A DNA stretch of 64,000 nt, from assembly GCA_965285935.1 (NCBI GenBank), contig OZ260664.1, positions 19,158,001-19,222,000 on the forward strand, in the 5' to 3' direction. The translations under genes were made by a program, and so were the position numbers. The notes under the pieces were generated by a model. That model was not told where the DNA came from and searched no databases. It worked only from the letters and a program-made list of their open reading frames with translations. Below are positions 26,301 through 36,661 of the stretch, piece after piece. The stretch's first letter is position 1. Every line of letters starts with the position of its first letter. The DNA comes from Ophelia neglecta (lineage: Eukaryota).

Positions 26301-27610
26301 GAACATTGACGTTGTCGATGATCGGCTCAAACGCGATGGCATGAATGGCTTTTTCATCTGCTAACTGCGAAAATAAAACTGCTGTAAATCACTTTTTTTC
26401 AAAACAACCAATCACTACTAATATTAGGTACACCATTGGTTCCCTAATAAGTATATATGACCTTAATTTCTTCAATTTCCACTAAGCCATTATGTGCATT
26501 TTTTGTTTTTAAAATAATGTCTAGATGGATGCATTATTGGCGGGAGAACAACATTTAACAAACATATTGCAATAAAAAAATCATTATTTAAATAATGATT
26601 TGAATTATATTTATCATAAGAAGAAAAAGTGCTGAATCGTTATTAATTAAATATCTATTATTACCGACCCTGAATCTTTTGCAGAAGTAGCTAGTGGCCT
26701 TGGCCGGGACCGGGGTGACGGGGAAAGTGACATTCATGGTGTCGACATGGGATCCATTGATGCCCGGACACGACTTGTCGTCTATGCCTCCCCGACAGGA
26801 ATACTTATAGGGACCATTCTTACAACGATCTGACTCGACAGGCTCACAGACACCTGGGACACAAGCATAGCACACCCTATAGTCTGCGATCTAATAAAGT
26901 TGGATCAAAGTCGCTACACCGTCCAAATCAAATCAATTATAACAAAAATCCAATTATATACGTGTAAGAAACAAAACAATATTAACAGAACAGAAAATTT
27001 ATTGAAACTGGATAATATTCACGTTAGAAAATATCTCAAATACCTGGTGTTTTTTTAAGGTAAATTATTTTTCTTGTTAGAGTTGTTACTTATATGCTTA
27101 TAGATTACATTAGAATTATGAAATTAAATCGGTTGATTTGTTGCCTCCTATAAAAAAAAAATACAAAGTAAACAAATGCATGTACAATGATGTTAACATG
27201 GAATAAGGACACAAGTACATCTAACTTGATATGGAATATTCGAAAACAAAAATATGAATGAATCGAATATCTTGTAATTTGTTCTGACTGCTATGACTAT
27301 TTCTGGGTGTCATTGAAATACAACTTCATTACAGTAATAAGTTAATCATACGATAAAATTTTGCAAATTAAGTATATACACAATATGCCATTAGCCTAAA
27401 AGGGACCAAGGGAAACATAAATATGTACGTATAGAGTCTACCGTATTATTTGACTCTACCTGGGTGGGAGAGGTTGGCTGAGAGTGGCACACCTCCCGGG
27501 GTCCAGGTACACCCAGGGTCTCCTAGTTCTTCTCCGTTAGTTCTTCCGTCCAGGTCAGAGTCAAGCTCACATAACTCCCTCCCCCACACCCGGCCGTACA
27601 CCGCGTAGTC
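23117..27610 (-). CDS. Temptin-domain copper type II ascorbate-dependent monooxygenase (MOXD1/DBH-like) with a C-terminal GPI-type signal; 5'-incomplete, 522 aa from 10 exons
   Basis: join(27610-27460, 26853-26669, 26364-26245, 25905-25722, 25450-25247, 25079-24954, 24688-24600, 23907-23775, 23671-23532, 23353-23117). All introns are GT-AG, phases are consistent and there are no internal stops. Temptin motif LCELDSDLDGRTNGEELGDPGCTW; CuH ligands VLHH and QLHWTNP; CuM ligands HMH and DEMC. Confidence 0.9.
23532..23671 (-). CDS. Monooxygenase exon: Cys-rich C-terminal module
   Basis: cag|(D)CKACETYELFRDLNSYLRISGLCAFGRCDLGCRDYISVLEYLPCAR|gtaagt. Confidence 0.8.
23775..23907 (-). CDS. Monooxygenase exon with the CuM Met (DEMC)
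   Basis: cag|DEMCFVFLSYYPGDPTIPSFFCTG...PFRHTE|gttttc. The donor is weak but its phase fits the next exon. Confidence 0.87.
24600..24688 (-). CDS. Monooxygenase exon (Cu2_monoox_C region)
   Basis: aag|(G)DEIEVYCNYNSLDGSRRRETTTRFGPNTS|gtaaat. Confidence 0.88.
24954..25079 (-). CDS. Monooxygenase exon (Cu2_monoox_C region)
   Basis: tag|(G)SSGKAEQFRNGEFLRTIYTLDYYDYDSPVMKVFETPLDFQP G|gtag. Confidence 0.9.
25247..25450 (-). CDS. Monooxygenase exon with the CuM HxH motif
   Basis: cag|(D)ASGLRVFYTEQLRPYN...LLIPP...CDSQCT...WLHMHYL G|gtgat. Confidence 0.92.
25722..25905 (-). CDS. Monooxygenase exon with the third CuH His
   Basis: cag|DPPVECGM...IQVWSLGMDGYCLKEDVGVPFGKGTFNYVAMQLHWTNPELRSDWT|gtagg. 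Confidence 0.9.
25954..26131. mobile_element. Tc1/mariner(pogo)-type MITE, copy 2, in a monooxygenase intron
   Basis: Same TIRs, TA target duplication and internal sequence as 1363-1540. Confidence 0.88.
26245..26364 (-). CDS. Monooxygenase exon with the CuH His-His pair
   Basis: cag|LADEKAIHAIAFEPIIDNVNVLHHIALFGCRTDFEGSPEN|gtaag. Confidence 0.92.
26669..26853 (-). CDS. Monooxygenase exon: linker and start of the Cu2_monooxygen domain
   Basis: cag|(G)VCEPVESDRCKNG...FPVTPVPAKATSYFCKRFR|gtcggt. Confidence 0.88.
27460..27610 (-). CDS. Monooxygenase exon: C-terminal half of the temptin domain
   Basis: cag|DYAVYGRVWGRELCELDSDLDGRTNGEELGDPGCTWTPGGVPLSANLSHP G|gtag. Confidence 0.9.
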
Positions 27611-27681
27611 CTGCAGTTTGTGTACCGAAATGAAATGTAAATTTAAGAATGGACAGGAACACGTTGAGAATGATATACTGC

Positions 27682-29583
27682 CGTTGTGGCGTACAATTTT
27701 GCCGCTTTTTCCGCTTTTAGGCGTAAAAACTGATGGGCGTAAGAAAAGTTTACGCCTGGCGTAAGAAAAGTTTACGCCTGGCGTAAAAATAAATGCCGCC
27801 AGGCAATGTCTTATACCCGCGGAGAAATAGTTTACGGATTTAAGCGTAGTTTTGGTACATGCCGATTTTATATCATTTTGTCGCCGGGTCAGTGCGGATA
27901 ATATATCGCATTGTGAAAGGCAGTGATGTTATATCGATGAAATCGATGTAACCTGTTTTCCTGTGTCGAGGCCTGGCGGCCAGATATGCATGTAACTTTT
28001 AGGCTTACGACTAGACATAGCCCACTTCATCCGGAGTCACAGCCCGTAGTCAAAGTGAGCGGTACTACCATGCCCGTTGTCTGCTACAAAGCTTATGACA
28101 TCCGAAGCGTATTGCCGGTATTTTCACGCCTGGACTGGCCCACTCTAGGAACTGTGCAGCGCCATCTAGTGGGCGTAAAAACTGTATAGGCCAGGGGTAA
28201 ACTTTTCTTACGCCTCGTACCTATTCAGTTTTTACGCCTCATGTATGAGCCTTTCTTACGCCCGATGGCGTAAAAACGGTATAGGTATACGCTTCTATTC
28301 AGCCAACCGACTCCACCGCGAAAATTTCTTACTATGATAGTTTTCGCCGCAGGCGTAAAAACTGTATATAGGTCGGAGGCGTAAGAAAAGTCACCGCCTG
28401 GCCTGGCCTATACAGTTTTCACGCCCATGGGAAATAGGTTATTACCAGTTCACGGACTTAACAAAGGTTAACATAAGAAATGTATGAACCAAGGGCAAAT
28501 TTACATTTACTTTGGGCATTTTCAATACACTTGTGCATAGGGCCTATTGTTCCACCAATTTTTTGGGCCCATTGACAGGGCATATGTACAGGCCTATATG
28601 TGATGGTATCGACAGTTATTACTTATATCTCTTATTTATTGGTAAATATTAAATTTTACACCCCTACTGGGATTCGAACCCATGCAGCCTTGCATAAAAC
28701 GGCCTAGCCATATTATGGGTCTGCAGACATACCATTGTACTATGTCCCCAATCTATAGATAGCAATATATATCAATTAGGGTTATTTACTTGCTCAGCTA
28801 AGTTAGCAGATTTGATGATTATCATGACCCGATATTTGAATAACACAAAATCCCATGTAACCCGACCACAACAATGATAAAGTCAGAATTTCATTCTCAG
28901 TTATACAACTTTATTGCCTCTCGTATATATCATATCAAACATGCCATTACATTTTTTATGTGTATCAATTCAGTCCACCCGGGAAATCCACAATCCGCTC
29001 TGGTCATAACTAATACAGTAGGTGTTTATGCTTGATAAATTACATACTAATTGCAATATGTATGTATGTAATGTATATGGCTGTGTACATATGTACATAC
29101 TTTAATAGACTTTGGCTATACATTAGGCTCCAGTAAAAATTCAAATGTACATTTATATACATGCACAAGATTTATAATCATTTTTTGCTGTATTATTCAT
29201 TTTCTCAAGGCAGTGTAAATGAAATTAACTTGTTAGGTAGCCTGAACCATTCGGTGAGTTTTTCGTGTGTTATATAGGCCTACTAGTAACTGGTTTAATA
29301 AATAGGCTTCGTATTGATTGATCGATCTAGTAAACCTTGTATTTTCGCACATATGCGACCCTAGCGGCAAGGCGTAAAAAACTAGCTATGTCAAAATTGC
29401 CGCCGTATAAAAAGAACTATGCCAAAGTTGTCGCGCGGTAACTTGGATTCGGCGGGTGTTTTAGCATAGGCCAAACATGCCGGCGGGTGTTTTGTCATAG
29501 GCTAAACTTGCCGCCGGCTTTTTTAGCATGTGCCAAATTGTACGGCGGCAAAAAAAGAAGCGGTCGTATGGTACAGCACACCG
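27682..29583. mobile_element. Non-autonomous DNA-transposon-like element with imperfect TIRs and subterminal tandem arrays
   Basis: Left end CGTTGTGGCGTACAATTTTGCCGC versus reverse-complemented right end CGGTGTGCTGTACCATACGACCGC. Left array of GGCGTAAGAAAAGTTTACGCCT units, right array of ~31-bp GGCGGGTGTTTTAGCATAGGCCAAA units, and an internal tRNA-like B box (minus, ~28670-28680). No TSD identified. Confidence 0.7.
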
Positions 29584-29656
29584 TACAGGCATCATTGCCT
29601 GATTACTAGCCCCAACATACTACTGTGTTAGTAGTATGTAGGGTCATAGAGGTCTA

Positions 29657-29812
29657 ATTCTCAGTACCCAGTCAGCACTTTTTCAGGAGGCGCTGATGTC
29701 TGTCCGACGGCGGCTTTGCGATGGCAGAACGTTTGGTCGCCCGGGAAGTTTAAAAAAAATAAAGCATTATAGGCGCATACTACTCGTATAAGGTATCTTG
29801 GCTACTGAGAAT
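29657..29812. mobile_element. Small MITE with TA target duplication
   Basis: TIR ATTCTCAGTA(C/G)CCA at both ends, flanked by TA. Confidence 0.7.
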
Positions 29813-32800
29813 TAATTGGTACATCGATCATATGAGATCTAGATATTAATTATAGATATTTTTCAATTCTCGAAAGATAACAATTTTCCAAATTGTGCAT
29901 GAAATTACAGAAAAATTGGATTCTAGGTTAATAATGAAATAGCAATATTGCATTTTGCCCCATGTTTCGTCACAGCAGTGAACTTACCCTTTGCTGGAGC
30001 TGCCGTGTGCAGTCAGATTTAAGAGGAATTAAGCAGTCTGAAAACTGCATTACGGATGCATTTTTACGATTAATTTGTTGATCCCATATGTTGATACTTT
30101 ACTCTATCAAATTGATAATGTTGTACTGTTCGCCGAAATCACTGCCGCTTTCCTACGTAATGATGTCTAGGTATGTGGCTATACAGGCACCCTCCTATAA
30201 AAGGCTTCGTGTTGGAGGAAACCTCGAAGTGGGGACTTTGACCAATGTTTTCCAGTATGATGTTTTTCTTTTACACAAAATTATTTCCCGAATATCTAAC
30301 ACTGCAGGATAAGGGGGATGCAAAGTGGTGTTTTTTCCCATCAGGTCGATATATCAAGCTAAATTTGAAACATATGTTTCATTTAGGCCTATATGAAGAA
30401 ATATTTCTATATTGAGGATCTTTTTTTCAAGGAACAGTTAACCACCACCAATGTTCGGTGACGACGTGTGTTAAGATGGACACTAATTTCTGGTTTTAGG
30501 TCTGAGGGATCGGTATAATCAGTTTAGGAGTCACATCACAAAACTTTCACAATATATAATAAATATACTTAAGCTTATATTTAAAACATTAAATTCCAAA
30601 GTTGAATGCTCATATGACCCATATGCCCGGATGATGAGTAGCAGGGATAAATGAAGCATTTATAAACATCACAATGAAAACAAAATCTTAATCATTTTTA
30701 AGAGAATTGACATGATATTTGCAGCATCTCAATCTGCACAAATTATTAACAATGACTGCTTTTATTACCCGCTTTAAAGTAACAAATTATTGTAGGCCTA
30801 TTCTTTATTACACATTCTTTAGCAGGTGTCAGTAAAATGGGATATCGGCCCACCGTACATTAGAATGCAAAACATGATCGATAAATTATTTCCTCATTGT
30901 CTGTACCATAATGATTTGCTATTTTCCCTAGTTCTATTGATAACCAGTTACAAAAGATTAGACGGACAAAGGGTTAGGTATACTTAATTGTCCAAGGGAA
31001 GAAAGTACAAATAGATACTTATTATCAGTTGGGTTATGATCTTCAGTCTTAATACTGTGCTGCAAATATGTTAATATGTTTCTGGTTCATATATTGACAT
31101 TCCATATGTTCACAATGGAATATCTTGATATGGTATGAACACAGTGAATAATGGTTAAATATAAATGTTTAAAAGAATCCTGTTTTGTAACGTTATATAT
31201 GAGCCAACAGCTAATGCGAGATACATTTGATGTTTCATAATAAATGAAAACATTGTATAATATTTCAACCTGTTTACAAATCCAATGTTTGCGGAAATAC
31301 AATAAAGTCTGGGCAGATATTTGGGGTCGCATTTATTGTTTACTTATTGCGTACCAAATATTTTACCGTCAATGTTACTTGATGTCAGTAGCCGAAAACA
31401 AACATGACATTTAAGGAGGCCATAAAGTTAGTATGGTGAAATAATATAAAATAGTAAATTGGTCACAAAATATCCCCTGACAATCTACAGTTTATATCCA
31501 AGCTTAGAACCTATATTTTTTTTTCTCTCGGACAAGGTTTTTTCAACATATGGATGAAAATATTAGCACATCAAAACGAATAGTCTAACAGTATGTAACA
31601 ATCCGATCAGTGAGTAACCAGGAACAGGCCAGTAGCTCCTTGTACATTGACATGGTTAATACGAAACTCGGTATTATTGTGCGGCCAGAGCAATGTCAAT
31701 ACCGGAGTTTAGTTTTTATTACGGCGACGTAGCTGCATAATAATGCGCTGAACAACAACTTAGTTAATCTTGAACACTATGTGTAATCTGGTGGACACTA
31801 CATGACTTTGATACTATGTCTATTTGTTACCATGAATATCGCATCTACTCGCATAACACACCTCAGGCACTCTTACTTCATATTAAAGAGCATATGGTAC
31901 ATTAATCATGGAAAGAAGAATGTTTTAGGCTGACCTAACACATGTAAAAGTACATCCGAAAAGACCTTGTTTGCATGGAATTCGCGGTGCAGTGTCTGCC
32001 AATATTTTGCTTTTGGTACTACTTTTGGTACTACTTATTCGGCAATTGAAGATGTGTTTTATTATATATTTGCATTTAACAGCCGATCGATTCATCTTAT
32101 ACATTTAGTCTATACTACTATATTAATACATTGATCTGCCCATTATACCCGTGTTGATACGGGTACGAAGCAACAAGTATAGGTCCATACTTTGCCTTCA
32201 ATTTCAAAATACTTTGTTTCTGCTGATTTATTTAAGATAAAGCTGTTTTATTGTCAATCTGTTCAAAACAATATCAATCATTTTGAATGTCATGTCCATT
32301 TCTCTCCTGTATATATGTATAAATGTTATAGGCCTAGGGCGTCCAGTCCTCATTACTGGCGTCCTGGTGTTACCTTTGTTCGTCATCAATTGCTTGTGTG
32401 TACATGTTGATGTGTTGTCTAAGTAGCACCAAATAAACTCAATTCAATTTAATTCAATTCAATACTCTTCGAACGAGCCGTGTACAAAGTGTGTGAACTG
32501 ATACGGCGTTTTATTTACATCTCCGGCCTACAGGTTCCTTTATCATTGCCTTGACTAGTCTGCTTTATCTACACCCGTTATTCCTTCGTCCCTATTGACC
32601 AATCCCGAGCACGACCTGTCCTGGCCAACCCCTCGGCCGGACGTTTTAGGACGTCCATGGAATCTGGGACACAAGAAACATTTCTTGTGTCCCAGATGGA
32701 ATCAAGATATATTCACTGTGTTTGATACAGCTTTTGTGCATCTTGATTTTGTAGGAAATAAAGTTTGATAAGACCAGTTACTTTTTAAAAATTCATGTTA

Positions 32801-34051
32801 CGAAGAAGTAATTTGTCAAGCAACCTTGTTTTTTACATGCTTATTGATCAACATATTGTGACAGCTCGAGTCTGAGGTTTTACTTAAGCCTAATAAATAC
32901 ATGTGTATGTCTATGTAATAGATTGCTACAGAACAGCTTGAAATGTTTACAATTTCTGTCGGCTCACTCCAGCTGTGTGATGCAATACCAGACAGGCTAT
33001 GCGATCCAAAAAATACCCCCGCAAGCCTATCAATATAATTGAACCTTGACCTTTGACACAACGGTCATTGTCGCTGGAAAAGGTTCATCAGACACAATGG
33101 AGACATCTGGTATACGTCGATGAAAATATTACGTGACCTAAAACTGAGGGCTGCAATCTGAAAGAGACGTGGGATATTGACGGAACATCCAAATCCTAAA
33201 AAAAACACAATCCGTCTTGAAAGGAAAATTGCATTTGCTTGGATCAAAACATCAGAGGCTCAATATATTGCCATATGATGCTGTGTGTAACACTTCCTGT
33301 CTTTTTACAAAAGAAGTGGAGGCCTTACAAAGAATGAACAAAGCCGGGAGATGGCCCAAATGTTTCCTGCCTTCCTGTTTTGATATAGTAATATTTGTTA
33401 TCCACAGATCCCGAGGCTTGCTGTTTGTTCACGGCGATGAATTTCGGTTGTTGATTCAACAGACACAATACCGAGAGGGAAGTAATGTACATTTCTGAAT
33501 GCGTAGCAATTAAATTGGGTTGCAGGATTAGGGGTCTAGCAGGGGTTAATTTTTAGTTCACGGTAAGGGTAAGGGATATGGTTGTACAAGTCTAGAGCGG
33601 TTTTTTTTTATTCTAGGAGTCACCTCGCCAAACTTATGCGCCCCGGCTTTCAATCAAAATTTGAATCTTATACCTAGAATTTATTATACTTAAAAATACT
33701 TGTAATTGTGGATATAATTTGTATAGAAAAGTACGTTATACCTGACATAGAATGATATTGAATAAGCCACACTACCAGCAATAGGGAAACTCAGCCTGTA
33801 CCAAGGACAGTAACAGACATTGTCAAGATATTACCTTGATAAATATGATACCCAATAATCAGTACACATTACAATAACCTATTTAATTCTTGAATATTAT
33901 AGCGAAGCAAGGAAGAGTATTTTATTTACTGGAGTAGTATGGAATAATATCAGTTGGGCATCTCAGTCGACCTTCTGCTGAACAGACCTGCACCGATACT
34001 GACCGGTATGTCTCTGTGCTACCAACAGATCCATTGCATGTTTTTAACTAA

Positions 34052-34470
34052 GGGGCGATTCATTTGATTCTGTGGGGGGGGGGGGGGGCTTGTCAAGAAT
34101 TTGAAAAAAATTGTTTGTTCCCAATTTCCAGGAAAAAAATTGTTTGCTTTGATGATTTGAGAAAAAAAAGGTTTGTTGGGGAAAGTTAGAAAAAATGTTT
34201 GTTTTTGGTTCACATATGTCAAAAACAGGTCTAAAAAAAAATTTCAAAACCAATTGCTCCAGCCACCTATGCAGCTAATCATGCTTTGTTTGTATCTGTA
34301 GATTAGAGTTGAAAAAAAAATGTTTGTCTGAAAATCCAGGAAAAATAAATTGTTTGCTTCATTTATCTGCAAAAAAATTGTCTGAGTTTCCTTCTTGCAA
34401 AAAAAATTGTTTGTTTCAAAGTGAAATGTCCCGCCCCCCCCCCCCCCCACAGAATCAAATGAATCGGCCC
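34052..34470. mobile_element. PIF/Harbinger-type MITE
   Basis: TIR GGG(G/C)CGATTCATTTGATTCTGTGGGGGGG, TAA target duplication, internal AAAAAATTGTTTG repeats. Confidence 0.85.
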
Positions 34471-34861
34471 TAATCCGAACACTACAATCAACTAGCCAAA
34501 GATTCGCAGGTGCCTACAATTCTGTTCTAGACCTAAAATCATCCTAAAAATTTCGATTGTAAATTACTTTCCTTTAACTACCAACATTATGTTATTGTGA
34601 AACAAAACACACCGTTTGCATACGTGTATCATAGTAAACTAAAATATCTCTTTTTCTGCTATACTATATTCTATCGGTTTCTCCGGATCTTCTAACCTCG
34701 AATCTCGTCAATATTGCCCATCCGAATTGGCCCATGTAAATACCAGATTTCACAGAATAAGAACTCCCAATCAGCTACCAGTGCAAGCCGGCAGTAGCGG
34801 TGAGTAGTAACAATGCCAATAAGGGGGTAACAGTCTGGATTAGGCTAGGCCAAATAATTAA

Positions 34862-35106
34862 TCGGGGGTGGGGAGTGGGAGTGGGGGTGGGTGGCATTCT
34901 GCATATTGTGACGGGGGAGCTCCACTGGGACTTCAAAACCCATACCCTTTTCCATAACAAAAGCTTTAACTTGACACCTAAAAGTAACGCCAAAAGTCAA
35001 TTTTGTGCCCAATATACCCAAAACAGCGACACAAACTCGCATTGAACTAAAGCTAATTAAGTTGCCCATTCCCTTGGGACTCCTCCCCCCCCAAAAAAAA
35101 TCCCGG
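34862..35106. mobile_element. Degenerate MITE with G-rich/C-rich CCCGGG-type ends
   Basis: G-run left end and ...CTCCCCCCC..CCCGGG right end; a similar end occurs at ~21210-21227. Confidence 0.45.
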
Positions 35107-35409
35107 GTCGTCCGTTACGTGACGCTGACAAAAATGTAGTAACTTCGGCGTGAGCTGTTTATAGTCAACCTATTAAACAAGACCGTGGAAACCTCTCCAA
35201 AATACCCATTGTAGCCCATGGCCTTTAACTTCAGTTCTTTGATTTTTGGCAAATTATCATACTGTTGTGTTTGGTTGTTATGTATCTTTGGCGCTGTAAG
35301 AAGGGGATTCTAGGAAGTAACAATGTGTATTCAGCCCCAGATCAATATACCACTTCATGTCCAATCCCTTAGTTTGAAACACTAAACATGTCCGTTTGAA
35401 AGCATCTAC

Positions 35410-35541
35410 CAGAATCAGCTCTATATAATCGTAGTTAGGCCTCACGTGCACGCAGATTCCATTTCCCCTCGGTGTGTTATCCCAGCGGTGGTCGACATCG
35501 AGCCTAAAGAGGTCGCCACGATCGATACGCCCAGACGACAT
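35410..35541 (-). CDS. Possible first coding exon of an unidentified gene
   Basis: AAAATGTCG start context below a CCGGATGT (ETS-like) motif, CpG-rich. Reads MSSGRIDRGDLFRLDVDHRWDNTPRGNGICVHVRPNYDYIELIL, then a possible donor CTG|gtagat. No convincing downstream exons were found. Confidence 0.3.
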
Positions 35542-36661
35542 TTTGCTTAAGGAACGTGACATCCGGTACTATAAACGAAAAGCTAGATTACCGATATCGG
35601 ATGATTATGAAATATAGACATTTATCAGAATAAATGGATTCACAAATCAAGAACAATTTCAACATAAATACATTATGATGTTAACAGCACATCTGGGCTT
35701 GAAAATCCCCACAAAGAGGAATTAACAAGGTTGAAAAATCTGCGTTTTGGGGAGAAATAGGTTGAACTTTCAGGCATTATCGAATAATTGGTACCATCTC
35801 CAGCAAACATACTACAAATAATTCTTGATATTCAGCACATGAAGGGGTTCTAACTCTCTGAGGGCTCGGGCCATTGCGCTATTTTGCGCGCATGCCAGCC
35901 TGCATAGCGGGCAATTTGGCTACAATTCCATATGAGTTCAGACTGTCGTCACTTCCGTATAACCAGATTAGACGATTACTATCTTCACGGCTCATTGCAC
36001 AGCGCTCGCTCACATGAGGCACCGCGAAGTGTCAGGAATATCGAGTTGTTTCCCTGCCTTTGGAGACTTGGCGAGCATACTTCCCTGGCCCAGGTAAACT
36101 ACACACTTTTGAACGCATATACAAACGTGTATCGGCCTAAGCTTACTTTATACCTCGCGGAAGTGCAATATCGACCGGTATATTAAAATGAATACTATCC
36201 TGATTGAGCTGTTGACATAGAAACATTTGGACCTGTGTCATTGTGCGTGCCGGAGGTACAGTTTTGTGCCATCTCGTTTGGTTTCTATTGAAGGCAGACG
36301 GTTACAAATAGTCATAAACACGGTGTAGACCATCATTTGAACATACGACATTAAGGTTGTCTGCCATTCTTATCAGCAAATGTGGAATATCATAAATCGT
36401 TATCGGACTAATAGTCTTTTTTATATATATTTTTGCTGAGCTCACGTATCAACCAGTGTTTTTCGATCTGTTTTGATGTTTTGGAAGCACAGGATTGCGA
36501 ATTGTCTTAAAATCATTCATCTTTTGTCACAGAAAATGGGACGATGAAAGGTAACCGATATAACCAATTTGATTACTATATACATCACGAAATCTATCTA
36601 AGGAAATTTCTTGTTGTCAGGTAGATTTATAGTTACAAATTGACAGGTGTGTATCTACAGT

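Noticed and set aside
27730-27790. Palindromic direct repeats resembling a CRISPR array
   Set aside because: No unique spacers, eukaryotic context, and part of a transposon subterminal array.
28660-28750. tRNA gene (also 46838-46920)
   Set aside because: Only B-box/T-arm similarity; no proper anticodon arm or cloverleaf, so these are SINE- or TE-derived.
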